Source: an uncultured Clostridia bacterium (GTDB lineage: Bacteria; Bacillota; Clostridia; Christensenellales; CAG-917). Taken from it: a stretch of DNA of 64,000 nt. The notes beneath the pieces were generated by a model. The model saw only the letters and a list, made by a program, of their open reading frames with translations. It was not told the origin of the DNA and did no database searches. Shown here in pieces: positions 1-9,662 of the stretch (positions are counted from its first letter, which is position 1; the number at the start of each line of letters is the position of its first letter). The DNA is taken from the NCBI GenBank assembly GCA_944332995.1, contig CALVKR010000002.1, positions 191,752-255,751 of the forward strand, in the 5' to 3' direction. The translations under genes were made by a program, and so were the position numbers.

Positions 1-431
<431 letters not shown>

Positions 432-456
432 TTAGCCCATTGTCGGATAAGACGGT

Positions 457-2301
457 TTATTTTAAGATATACATTTCCTGTTGCGTGCCACCGTCGGGTA
501 TGCAGAAAACATACACTTTGGCAAACTCGGATGACGGCGAGAACAGCGTGACAGTGGTGTATTTAGCTTCAAGCAAAAGATTTTTGGTGGTCGACGCATT
601 TGTGGATTTAACGCCGTAAAGTTTTGTTCCCTTGTCGTTGACATAGCTGTATACGTAGCAACCGGTTTTGTAAATACCGCCGTTGTTGTTTATATGGAAG
701 CTATAATCTTCCGACACTGACTTGGAATTTCCGAGGAACACTTCATATCCGTTTTTGCCGACAAGATAATAGCTTGTGTCGCCGTTTTCGTCGTCTCTTT
801 GACCTATTGCATAAAAGCCCGTAAACAAACTAAGACTGTCATAAATAAACGGAACGGTAACTTGTCCTTTGGTGTTTACTGCGCCGTAAAGCAAAGCCGT
901 GGACGAGTCTGTCGAGTTTTCCTCGTCGACTATCGTGCAGACAATCATACCGCTGTTGTAGGTAGCGCTCTGATACTCGTAGTCGTTGTTGCTTGCTATG
1001 ACTTCACCTTCTGTATTGTAAATGTTCAAAACGCCCGTCTGCGATTGAACCACACCTATTCCGCCGACGTAGAAAAGCAAGAGCTCTTTTAAACTGATTG
1101 CGTCGGTATCGGGAAATTCGACCGAGCCGTAATTTTTGGTGAGCGAGTTTACTATGGTAAAGTCGGAATTTCTTATGATAAACTCGTCATAAGATACCGT
1201 TTTATCCGTATCCCTCACTATGCCGTAAGACACGTAGGAGTATCCCGGTTGCAAAAACTGCGAGGTGTCATAGGTCTTTGTAGTTGAATATTGATAATAT
1301 TCGTTCTCTATCGATAAAAACAGCGTTTCCGAGCGATAAGTCTCTCTTGTTCCCGTATCGGCACGAAAGATATATCTTCTGACTTTCCAATATTTGTCGT
1401 TCTCGTCTTTATAGAAATAATCGGTTTCGTCGCCCTCTTCTTCTATGTGAATCAAAAATTTACCGTTTCCGAAGTATGTCGCTTCAAGTCCGTTATTGGT
1501 GCCGGACGCATATGAAAACACTCCGTTGTAATTCGGCTCGATGAGGTTTTGATTTTTTGAGGTCAGCCCCGTCAGATTGAATATCCTGGTTTCCTTGCCG
1601 TTTGAGCCGGTTATGTTGTTGACTACCGCATAGGTGTCGAAGCCGTCGACGCTGCCGAGTCTAGAACTGACCGTTGCCGTAGCGTCGATACGTCCCACCA
1701 TATTTCCGTTGGAATGGAAAACAAAATAAGACGTGGCGAATTCTTTATCCTCTCCAAACTGCTTTTTGAACACCTCGGGCGAGGAAATCGTCAAGAAATA
1801 GTCCTTTGAAATGGCGTAAACGTATGTCGAAATAGAACGGTTTATCGTGGGCGGAACACAAAGCGGATTATCCGTTCCGTAAAGCCATTTATCGTTGTCG
1901 TAATCGTAAACGAGAATTTTTGTATCCGACGTCATCATGAAAATGTTTCCGTAGTAAACGTGAATCTGTTTGATGTTAAACGAAAGATTTTGAAAATAAA
2001 CGTCGGTCGCACCCGTCTTAATAAAATTTAAGCCGTTCTCGTTGTATACGATAAAGCCGTCGAGTTCCTTTTGATATCCGTATTCCGAATAAGCATAATT
2101 GGTGGTAGAAGTCAAAACTCTATATCCCACCGGCAAAGTTCCGAGATATTCCGCTTTCGTAAATTCGCCTACGTTTGAGCGATTTTTATAAATTGTCAGC
2201 ATAGAATTTTCCGTCGAGGAATTGCACGCCGAAAAAGTCGCAAACATTGCGACGCAAACAAAGATAATAACTATCGCCAAAATCGCTCTTTTCATATCCA
2301 C
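457..2301 (-). CDS. Putative lipoprotein with repeated WG/KWG-like beta-rich units; function unknown.
   Basis: 614-aa ORF. Signal peptide plus lipobox (MKRAILAIVIIFVCVAMFATFSAC). Recurring G-x-hydrophobic-N/D-x-x-G-x-hydrophobic motifs (LYGAVNTKGQVTVPFIYD, YYLVGKNGYEVF). Starts 1 nt after the recO stop. Confidence 0.5.
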   Translation of the reverse strand: MDMKRAILAIVIIFVCVAMFATFSACNSSTENSMLTIYKNRSNVGEFTKAEYLGTLPVGYRVLTSTTNYAYSEYGYQKELDGFIVYNENGLNFIKTGATDVYFQNLSFNIKQIHVYYGNIFMMTSDTKILVYDYDNDKWLYGTDNPLCVPPTINRSISTYVYAISKDYFLTISSPEVFKKQFGEDKEFATSYFVFHSNGNMVGRIDATATVSSRLGSVDGFDTYAVVNNITGSNGKETRIFNLTGLTSKNQNLIEPNYNGVFSYASGTNNGLEATYFGNGKFLIHIEEEGDETDYFYKDENDKYWKVRRYIFRADTGTRETYRSETLFLSIENEYYQYSTTKTYDTSQFLQPGYSYVSYGIVRDTDKTVSYDEFIIRNSDFTIVNSLTKNYGSVEFPDTDAISLKELLLFYVGGIGVVQSQTGVLNIYNTEGEVIASNNDYEYQSATYNSGMIVCTIVDEENSTDSSTALLYGAVNTKGQVTVPFIYDSLSLFTGFYAIGQRDDENGDTSYYLVGKNGYEVFLGNSKSVSEDYSFHINNNGGIYKTGCYVYSYVNDKGTKLYGVKSTNASTTKNLLLEAKYTTVTLFSPSSEFAKVYVFCIPDGGTQQEMYILK

Positions 2302-2994
2302 CTATTCGGGTATAGCTATTTTTATTCCGAGAAGTTCGGCAGCTATATCCTTTAAAAACAATGCTGTATTATTTTGAGTTATATCATCGCCCGACATATC
2401 GTTTTGCATACATCTTAAAACGTCTGAAGGGACGCGATTTTTAAACACCGAGCCGCACGAGGCGCACACTATCCCGTCACCCACGGAAAAATATGCCTCG
2501 TCGAGTTTTTTTCCGCACACGGCGCAAACGTTGAAATCAAGCCTGAACCCAAGCTCCGCCAAAGCGTGATATACGAATTTATTGAAAGCCCTTGTTGGCT
2601 TCATTCCGTCATAAGCTATCGCCTTGAGCGCCTTTACGGCGTAAAGCGTCAATGTGGGATTGGATACGTTTTCGGCGCTGAAATCGGACAAAACTTTTAA
2701 AACGGCAAATCCTGCGTAGTAGTTTTTCAAATCTTTTGCAAGCTCGGAAAAACTTTCGATTTGCTTACATTCGCAAATTATGTATTTGCCACCCTTTCCG
2801 ACAAGAGAATACTCGCCAAAGCAAAAAGGCTGTCCTGCGTATTTAAGTTTTGAAGATATTTTGTTTACGCCTTTAAGTTTTGCCGTCACCTTGCCGTTTT
2901 CGACCGAACACAGCGTAACAATCTTATCGCTTTCGTTATAATCGACGCTCTTTACGCATATAGCGGTCACTTTAAATCCGTTGCCGTCAGTCAT
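2302..2994 (-). CDS. recO: DNA repair protein RecO
   Basis: 230 aa. OB-fold-like N-terminus and a CxxC...CxxC zinc motif (CAVCGKK...CASCGS). Lies downstream of era, as in Bacillus. Confidence 0.85.
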   Translation of the reverse strand: MTDGNGFKVTAICVKSVDYNESDKIVTLCSVENGKVTAKLKGVNKISSKLKYAGQPFCFGEYSLVGKGGKYIICECKQIESFSELAKDLKNYYAGFAVLKVLSDFSAENVSNPTLTLYAVKALKAIAYDGMKPTRAFNKFVYHALAELGFRLDFNVCAVCGKKLDEAYFSVGDGIVCASCGSVFKNRVPSDVLRCMQNDMSGDDITQNNTALFLKDIAAELLGIKIAIPE

Positions 2995-3316
2995 CTTCTC
3001 TTTCCAACCGTTTGTATATCTGATAATACCCCGTCTTGCCGGTAGTGCAAAACAGTTTCCAGAACATTTGTTTACCGTCTATGCTTTTTTTCGTCTTTTT
3101 CATAAATTTAGTTTTTGGCTAAATTTAATTTTTATTCTGCAAGGCGGTATATATACTTATCTCATTTTATCATATTTCGTTTATAATTTTAAGTGTTTGA
3201 AGTTAAAACTATATTAAATTTTCCGCCGTAGCCTATTTATGCCTATTTCCCCGTCAAAATTGCTTGCCGCCTTTTCAGGAACACTTGTGCAAAGAGCAAA
3301 AAAGCCCTTTTCCTAT

Positions 3317-4210
3317 TTATTTTACGTCCTTGAGGTTGTATCCCAGTTCCTTCATCAGATATTCACTGTCACGCCATTGCGATTTGACTTTGACGTATAG
3401 CGTCAAAAACACCTTGTCGCCCACGAGTTTTTCAAGGTCCTCCCTCGCCCCCGAGGCAATCTGTTTAAGCATACTTCCGCCCTTTCCTATGACGATGGAC
3501 TTATGCGACTGCTTTTCGACAATTATGTCGGCGTTTATATCCCATATAGGTTTGTCTTCCCTCTTTTTAAAGTCGACAATTTCCACTCCGAGCCCGTAGG
3601 GAATTTCCTTATCCAAAAGGTAAAGCCCTTTTTCTCTTATTATCTCTGCCGCCATAAATCGCATTGACTTATCCGTATACACGTCGTCGGGATAAAGTTT
3701 CTCGCCCTCGGGTAAAAGTTTTTTTACTTCCTCGAGCAAGGTATCAACGCCCTCGCCTTTTTTTGCGGATATCGGTATTATGGCGTTTGCCCACCCAAAA
3801 CGGTTTAAATCCTTAAGAGCGTCAAACAGCGTGTTTCTCGTCACGGCGTCCTCTTTGTTGAGCGCTATGACAACCGGCATCTTGCCTTCGTATCCTTCCA
3901 AAAACTTGACGTCGGCATCGCTTACCCCTTTTGCCGCGTCGACGACGTAAAGTAAAACGTCGGCGTCCTTGACAGACGACGATACCGTCTTGTTCATGTA
4001 TTCTCCAAGCTGATTTTTGGGTTTATGAAAACCGGGAGTGTCCACAAACACGAACTGACAGTCATCGGCGTTCAATATGCCCAAAATGTTGTTCCTCGTC
4101 GTCTGCGGTCGCCATGATACGATTGCGACTTTCTCTCCCACAAGAGTGTTTATCAAGGTGGATTTGCCTGCGTTCGGCAATCCCGCTATACAAATAAATC
4201 CTGACTTCAT
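3317..4210 (-). CDS. era: GTPase Era
   Basis: 297 aa. G1 motif GLPNAGKST, PQTTR, DTPG and NKED motifs, and a C-terminal KH domain (VIGKGGSMLKQI). Confidence 0.95.
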   Translation of the reverse strand: MKSGFICIAGLPNAGKSTLINTLVGEKVAIVSWRPQTTRNNILGILNADDCQFVFVDTPGFHKPKNQLGEYMNKTVSSSVKDADVLLYVVDAAKGVSDADVKFLEGYEGKMPVVIALNKEDAVTRNTLFDALKDLNRFGWANAIIPISAKKGEGVDTLLEEVKKLLPEGEKLYPDDVYTDKSMRFMAAEIIREKGLYLLDKEIPYGLGVEIVDFKKREDKPIWDINADIIVEKQSHKSIVIGKGGSMLKQIASGAREDLEKLVGDKVFLTLYVKVKSQWRDSEYLMKELGYNLKDVK

Positions 4211-4680
4211 TTTCTGACGTATCCTAATTCGCTTAATATTTTTTCCTGGTGAAAACGCATTTCCTTTTCCTGTTCTTCGTTTAAGTGGTCAAAGCCTAAA
4301 AGGTGCAAAAGAGCGTGCGAAAACAAAAAAGCCGCCTCCCTTTTGACGCTGTGTCCGTATTCTTCGGCTTGCTTTAGGGCGACGCTTTCGCATATGGCAA
4401 CGGAGCCGAGGGTGTATGTTTTTCCGTCAAAAAGGTCGTCGGTAAACAAAGACTTATCTATGGGAAATTTTGCCCCTATCTCCATAGACGGATAGCTAAG
4501 CACGTCGGTGGCTTTATCGACTCCTCTGGTGCGCTTATTCAGCTCGAACATATCCGCCTCGTTTAAAAAGCAGACGTCGACGCCAAACACGCCTTTGACG
4601 GCAAAGTATTCTTCCGTTTTTTTAAACACGTTTTTTAATATTGTCTTATATTTAAAAGGAACAGCCGACAAGTTAAGCAT
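4207..4680 (-). CDS. ybeY: rRNA maturation endoribonuclease YbeY
   Basis: 157 aa with the HxxxHxxGxxH zinc motif (HALLHLLGFDH). Its stop overlaps the era start in a 4-nt ATGA overlap. Confidence 0.9.
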   Translation of the reverse strand: MLNLSAVPFKYKTILKNVFKKTEEYFAVKGVFGVDVCFLNEADMFELNKRTRGVDKATDVLSYPSMEIGAKFPIDKSLFTDDLFDGKTYTLGSVAICESVALKQAEEYGHSVKREAAFLFSHALLHLLGFDHLNEEQEKEMRFHQEKILSELGYVRK

Positions 4681-6163
4681 TTTTTATATCCTTTTCCGTT
4701 TTTTCTTCCTTTTTCGTTTCCGTCTTTTTATCTTCGCCGTAGGACACTCTCGAATGGTGAATACTCGGCAAAACGTTTATTATGGTATTTTTAATGACGG
4801 TAAGATCTTCCATGGTTATCGGGCACTCGTCAAACTGTCCCGTCTTCAATTTATCGTCTATCAATGTATTGACTCTTTGCACGAATTCCTCTTTAGTGGG
4901 AGGCATATACGCCCTCGTTGCCGCTTCGATGGTATCGGCAATCATGATGATTGCGGAAATTTTGCTTGAAGGCTTAGGTCCGGAATAGGAAAAATTCATT
5001 TTGTCGGCATTGCCTTCGGTAAGCGAAAGCGCCTTTTGATAGAAATATCCGACAGATGACGTGCCGTGGTGCTCGAGAGAAATTCTCGCTATCTCTTTGG
5101 GCAGCCTGTATTGTCGGTTGAGCATTTCTCCGAACACGGTATGCGACGTTATCATGCTTACGCTCACTTCGGGGATAAGTTCGTCGTGCGGATTGTAATT
5201 GGATTGATTTTCCACATAATATATAGGCGCTTTAAGTTTGCCTACGTCGTGATAATATGCCGCCGCTTTTGCGAGCCTGCTGTTTTCGCCTATGGCGATA
5301 GCGCACGATTCGGCAAGGTTTCCTACGACAAGCGAGTGGTTAAAGGTTCCGGGCGCTTCGCTTGCAAGTCTTTTGAGTAAGGGCTGGTCAAGACGGCAAA
5401 GCTCGTCGAGCCTGAAATCGTCCGTCGTATTGAATATCGCTTCAAACAATATGATAAACGGGAAATAGAGCACTATGGCTATCGCAGAAGAAAGCAATCC
5501 CCACAGAACGTTGAACAAAAGACTTATGTTCGTTATGCCCATGGATATCGACAAAATTATAGTAAACGGCACGGCAACAACGCTTGCCAAAAGACAGCAC
5601 AGCAAAAATCTGATTCTCGTATAGTGTTTTGACGCAAAATAAATCATAGTGCCACCCGACACGAGGTTGCCCACTATCGCAGCCACTATGGAAATTATGA
5701 CAGTCTGCTCTATATATGCGCCTCTTAACAGAAAGTTTACCAAAATCAAAATGACGAGGTCTACGATGCATATGATGCCGGTTTTACTGCTCACCAAAAT
5801 GCAAAGCAAAAGTGCGCAAAGCTGAACGGGAACGGCAAACGGACTGCAAAACTTATACATGACGGTGGACAATATATAAGTTATCGTAACCACCAAGGAA
5901 TCGAGCACGAAATAAGAAGTTTTAGTAAGTTTTTCGGAATCGAAAACGAACAGAGAAACATAAAGAGTTTCGATAAGCAAAATATTCGATAAAAATATAC
6001 CCGTGGTAGTCGCCGCCGAGTTATGAAATTCCTTTGTGAAGTCGGACACGAAGAAAATTGTTACTATGGAAATGAGCGTAGAAAAAATGAGCACTGCAAT
6101 CTGGCTCTGCAAAAACACTTTCCAATTCCATTTTTTGTGCGAAACTTCTTTTGTCATTTCCAT
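4673..6163 (-). CDS. 7TM-HD (HDIG) membrane phosphohydrolase, PgpH/YqfF-like. Short form lacking the N-terminal extracellular domain.
   Basis: 496 aa. Multiple TM helices followed by an HD domain (HSLVVGNLAE...YYHDVGK...EHHG). Sits in the yqfCD...ybeY-era context. Confidence 0.8.
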   Translation of the reverse strand: MEMTKEVSHKKWNWKVFLQSQIAVLIFSTLISIVTIFFVSDFTKEFHNSAATTTGIFLSNILLIETLYVSLFVFDSEKLTKTSYFVLDSLVVTITYILSTVMYKFCSPFAVPVQLCALLLCILVSSKTGIICIVDLVILILVNFLLRGAYIEQTVIISIVAAIVGNLVSGGTMIYFASKHYTRIRFLLCCLLASVVAVPFTIILSISMGITNISLLFNVLWGLLSSAIAIVLYFPFIILFEAIFNTTDDFRLDELCRLDQPLLKRLASEAPGTFNHSLVVGNLAESCAIAIGENSRLAKAAAYYHDVGKLKAPIYYVENQSNYNPHDELIPEVSVSMITSHTVFGEMLNRQYRLPKEIARISLEHHGTSSVGYFYQKALSLTEGNADKMNFSYSGPKPSSKISAIIMIADTIEAATRAYMPPTKEEFVQRVNTLIDDKLKTGQFDECPITMEDLTVIKNTIINVLPSIHHSRVSYGEDKKTETKKEEKTEKDIKNA

Positions 6164-6278
6164 ATTTTCACCCGAATATTTTTATCTTTTTTCCATCTCA
6201 TTGCCCGCAGACTTATATCATGCCAAAGCCGCAAAAACAATTCAAAGCGGTACTTTTTTTTGCGCTTTTTCACTTAAA

Positions 6279-7181
6279 TTAAACCGATTTAAAATCGTCT
6301 ATTCTTTCTTCCGTTGTTACCATTGCTTTTATACTATTGCCGTTTATCTCGTAATCAACCGAAATTATACTCGCCTCGTCCTTAATTTGCGAAAGAGCGA
6401 AAATCAAAACGGTTTTTTTGTATTCCTCAAGTCGCACGTTGTCGATATACTCGAAATACCATTCCGCCTCGTAGTATAAAAAGCCGTAAACCTTGCCTCC
6501 CGCCTGAGTCGGAACCTTTTCCTCTCCCACGACAATATAGTTTTCAATGAGAGTATCTCCGGGATTTATTATATCGCCGTAAGACTTAACAAGCGTACCG
6601 CCGTAAACTATCGCCCTTGAAAATACCGCCTTTTTTACCGCCCTGACGCTTTCGCCGACAAGCGGAAAATAATCGGGTTTGGGTTGTTCTTTGACTATGG
6701 AAACCTTTATGGTCGTTCCCTCTTTGACTACGTCGGCAAAGGATACGCCGTCCAAAGCGAGTATTTCCCTTTCGATAGATTTTGAATCGACGTCAAAAGC
6801 AAACGAATATTTTTTTATGCCGTGTTTTGACAATATCGAAAGAACGCTTGTAGCGTATTCGCTTTCGTTTATTTTTATATCCGTCAAAAAACTCGGATAC
6901 AGCGAGCATACGACAACCGAAAAGAGTATACCGACAATAAGCCCGTATCGAAGCATAATTTTTCGGACGGAAGGCAAAAAGCCCTTTCTATCCACTACCG
7001 AAAAATTATAACACATATCGGTTAAAATGGCAATACACTTTTGTTCATCTTTTAGCCTGCACCAAAAGTAAATTTTTCCGTTTTTCTCCGCCACGTCGTA
7101 TATTCTGATTTTTTTAGAAAGATTTGCCACGGAATATGGCGAGCCTTCCACTCGAAAGCAGGTTCTGTCAAACAATTTCAA
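6279..7181 (-). CDS. yqfD: Sporulation protein YqfD
   Basis: 300 aa with a single central TM (LIVGILFSVVVCSLYPSFL). Immediately follows and overlaps the yqfC homolog. Confidence 0.7.
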   Translation of the reverse strand: MKLFDRTCFRVEGSPYSVANLSKKIRIYDVAEKNGKIYFWCRLKDEQKCIAILTDMCYNFSVVDRKGFLPSVRKIMLRYGLIVGILFSVVVCSLYPSFLTDIKINESEYATSVLSILSKHGIKKYSFAFDVDSKSIEREILALDGVSFADVVKEGTTIKVSIVKEQPKPDYFPLVGESVRAVKKAVFSRAIVYGGTLVKSYGDIINPGDTLIENYIVVGEEKVPTQAGGKVYGFLYYEAEWYFEYIDNVRLEEYKKTVLIFALSQIKDEASIISVDYEINGNSIKAMVTTEERIDDFKSV

Positions 7182-7419
7182 AGCTCTTTACCTCTCCCGA
7201 AACGTATGCGACGCCGCCTCCCGCTTCCGAAAGACGGAGTTTTTCCCCCTTGATTGACAGGATATTATGCTTGGTTTTAAACCTTATCTCACTTTCGCTT
7301 AAATAGCTGACCGTCTTGATTCCCTCTACGGCGGCTTTACTTTTTCCGTATACGCACAAGGCAAAATCGGACGCACATTCGGTAAGGTTCAGTTTTTTGT
7401 TCAGTTCATCCAAAAACAT
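7168..7419 (-). CDS. yqfC: Sporulation protein YqfC (YabP family)
   Basis: 83 aa with the YabP-like pattern (VEGIKTVSYLSESEIRFKT...LSIKGEKLRLSE...VSGEVKSFE). Overlaps yqfD. Confidence 0.7.
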   Translation of the reverse strand: MFLDELNKKLNLTECASDFALCVYGKSKAAVEGIKTVSYLSESEIRFKTKHNILSIKGEKLRLSEAGGGVAYVSGEVKSFEIV

Positions 7420-7457
7420 ATTAAATTATATTATTTTATAAAGCCGTTTATTCTAAA

Positions 7458-7483
7458 TTAAAAAGCGGAAGAAAATCTTCCGC
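7458..7483 (-). terminator. Rho-independent terminator downstream of dnaB
   Basis: 7-bp stem GCGGAAG/CTTCCGC with a 5-nt loop, followed by a T-run on the minus strand. Confidence 0.6.
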
Positions 7484-7606
7484 TAACTTAATTATAATTT
7501 AAATTTTAAAAATTTCACCGATTTAAAAAAACAAGCTATTAAAAAAACATAACGGCGATATAATCGTAAAAGCGATTTTGAACAACTTCAACACATAATA
7601 TCGCTT

Positions 7607-9073
7607 TTATTTTTCTTCCTGTTCGCCTTTGAAATCGTCGGACTCGACGCTTGAAAACTCGTCGCCCTCCCTGACTGCGGCGGCTCCTCCGAGAAGATTT
7701 TCCTTTGGTACGGGCATATCCTCGATTTCGCTGAATGTAGTCGTATCGCCCTGCCAATGAAGGTGAATGGTTCCGCACGGGCCGTTACGGTTTTTGGCGA
7801 CGATAAGGTCGACTTTCGTCCTGTCGTTTTCGTCAAGACGGTGCAGGAACATTACTACGTCGGCGTCCTGTTCGATAGCGCCGGAATCTCTTAAGTCGCT
7901 GAGCTTAGGTCCTTGTTCTCTTTCCGTTTTCGTCCTCTTATCGAAATCACGGGACATCTGCGAAAGCACCAGGATAGGCACCTTAAGTTCGCCTGCGTAA
8001 AGTTTCATCAATCTCGATATAGTGCTGACTTCCTGCTGGCGGTTGTCGCTGTATCTTCCTCCGTCCATAGACATAAGCTGGAGATAGTCGATGACTACGA
8101 GGTCAAGCCCTTTTTCTCTCTTAATGCGGCGGCATTTGGCGAGAATATCTCCCGGGGTGTTAAGCGAATAGTCGTCGATAAAAATATCTGCGCTGTCCAA
8201 CCTCTTTGCCGCCCTGTATAAAGCGTCCATACTCTCGTTTGAAAGCCCCCTCTTTTTATTGGAAGCGGTGAGCGACACTTTTGAAAGATGGGCAAGCACC
8301 CTCTTTGCCAAAAGCACCGACGACATTTCCATTGAGAAAACAGCCACCTTTTTATGTTGCTCGATAGCCACGTCGCAGGCGATATTCAATGCAAGCGCCG
8401 TTTTGCCGACAGAAGGACGGGCGGCAATCAAAATAAATTCGCCCGGTTTCATACCGAAAAGATGACGGTCAAGCTGCTTGAAGCCTGTGCTGAGTTTTTC
8501 CTGCTGAGCCTTGCCCTTTTGGATATCGGATATCTCATCAAAAGCCTTGCACGCAGCCGACGATATCGTGGCAAGCGCCATTTTGTCTTTGTTTTCGCCG
8601 ATAGAGAAAATCTTGCTTTCGGCGTAGTTAAGCATCTCGGTCGCATCGTCGGAAGCGTATGCCTTTTTGACGATATCGTTGCCCGTGCCGATAATTCTTC
8701 TTAAAAGACCGTCACGCTTTACCATTTCGAGGTAGTATTCGCAGTTAGCGGAGCTCGGCACAGCCATGGAAAGAGAGGATATGTAACTTACGCTTCCCAC
8801 TTCGTCGAGTTTGCCCTTTAAAACAAGCCTGTCGGTCAAGGCTACGGTATCTATGGGGTTGGATTCGTCCTGAATCTCCTTCATAGCTTCAAATATTATT
8901 CTGTTTTTGTTCGAGTAAAAGTCGTCGGGCAAAAGCCTCGGAATCAAAGCGTCTGCGGCGTCTTTGTCAATCAAAATGGAGCAAAGCACCGCCTGTTCCG
9001 CTTCGATATTCGACGGCATACCTCTGCCCTCGGGCTTCGCCGTTTTACTCGTTTGAGTCTTTTGTTCGCTCAT
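7607..9073 (-). CDS. dnaB: Replicative DNA helicase DnaB (DnaC in B. subtilis nomenclature)
   Basis: 488 aa. NIEAEQAVLCSIL N-terminus, Walker A GARPSVGKT, and the RecA-like C-terminal domain. Strong AAGGAG RBS before the ATG at 9073. Carries an acidic tail of about 40 aa. Confidence 0.95.
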   Translation of the reverse strand: MSEQKTQTSKTAKPEGRGMPSNIEAEQAVLCSILIDKDAADALIPRLLPDDFYSNKNRIIFEAMKEIQDESNPIDTVALTDRLVLKGKLDEVGSVSYISSLSMAVPSSANCEYYLEMVKRDGLLRRIIGTGNDIVKKAYASDDATEMLNYAESKIFSIGENKDKMALATISSAACKAFDEISDIQKGKAQQEKLSTGFKQLDRHLFGMKPGEFILIAARPSVGKTALALNIACDVAIEQHKKVAVFSMEMSSVLLAKRVLAHLSKVSLTASNKKRGLSNESMDALYRAAKRLDSADIFIDDYSLNTPGDILAKCRRIKREKGLDLVVIDYLQLMSMDGGRYSDNRQQEVSTISRLMKLYAGELKVPILVLSQMSRDFDKRTKTEREQGPKLSDLRDSGAIEQDADVVMFLHRLDENDRTKVDLIVAKNRNGPCGTIHLHWQGDTTTFSEIEDMPVPKENLLGGAAAVREGDEFSSVESDDFKGEQEEK

Positions 9074-9662
9074 TTATATCTCCTTTGCGTTTTACGATTG
9101 CCACAACGGCAACTATGACCGTTGCCAAAGCAAAAATGCCAATGAGAAGTCCGTACCATATCGCCTTATCTTCCACTCTTTGCGTCAGACGCACGGCGAC
9201 TTCCTCGCCCTCATCGAATTGCCAGACGTACGCTCTCGTTTTACCGTTTTCGATATATTCGCCGTCACCGTAAATTGATTTATAGAGTGTAGCATAAACG
9301 TAAACAATTTTCAAGTTATATTCGCCGTCAGCGCCTTTTTCGTCCAAAATTTTTTTGAGCGCTTCGTCTTCTACGGCTCTCACCCTTATTTTATCCCAAA
9401 AATCGGCTGGTAGCTTATAAGTCGTTTTGTAGATATCGAAAAAGCCGTCGTCGGTTTTTTCCCTTTGATATTCCGCTTTCGCCACGGCGTTTCCAGTGGA
9501 GTTTTGCAGATTTATCTGCACGGTTACCGTGTCCGTTTCCTCGTCGTAGGAATATCCCGCCACGGCGCAATATACCTCGCTGTCTTCCCCGTCGCATGCG
9601 GAAAACACGAAAAGCGAAACAAAAAGCGCAATCAAAACGGCAAACAGCGTTATCTTTTTCAT
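9045..9662 (-). CDS. Hypothetical lipoprotein with a C-terminal TM anchor
   Basis: MKKITLFAVLIALFVSLFVFSAC lipobox and a C-terminal TM (WYGLLIGIFALATVIVAVVAIV). Its ATG overlaps the pepF stop (ATGA). Its 3' end overlaps the dnaB start by 29 nt. Confidence 0.6.
   Translation of the reverse strand: MKKITLFAVLIALFVSLFVFSACDGEDSEVYCAVAGYSYDEETDTVTVQINLQNSTGNAVAKAEYQREKTDDGFFDIYKTTYKLPADFWDKIRVRAVEDEALKKILDEKGADGEYNLKIVYVYATLYKSIYGDGEYIENGKTRAYVWQFDEGEEVAVRLTQRVEDKAIWYGLLIGIFALATVIVAVVAIVKRKGDINERTKDSNE

Noticed and set aside
2981-3599. Plus-strand ORFs (78 and 111 aa) in and around the era-recO spacer.
   Set aside because: Their composition is low-complexity and F/L/S-rich. One overlaps the era 3' end in antisense, and neither has an RBS or a recognisable motif. 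The 322-bp spacer itself shows no convincing RNA structure that I could identify.
7539-7836. Two highly basic ORFs (79 and 82 aa, R/K/S-rich) overlapping the 3' end of dnaB on the same strand.
   Set aside because: They are out-of-frame readings of the dnaB C-terminal acidic-tail region and its downstream spacer. They show no RBS and have an arginine-rich, nonsense-like composition.
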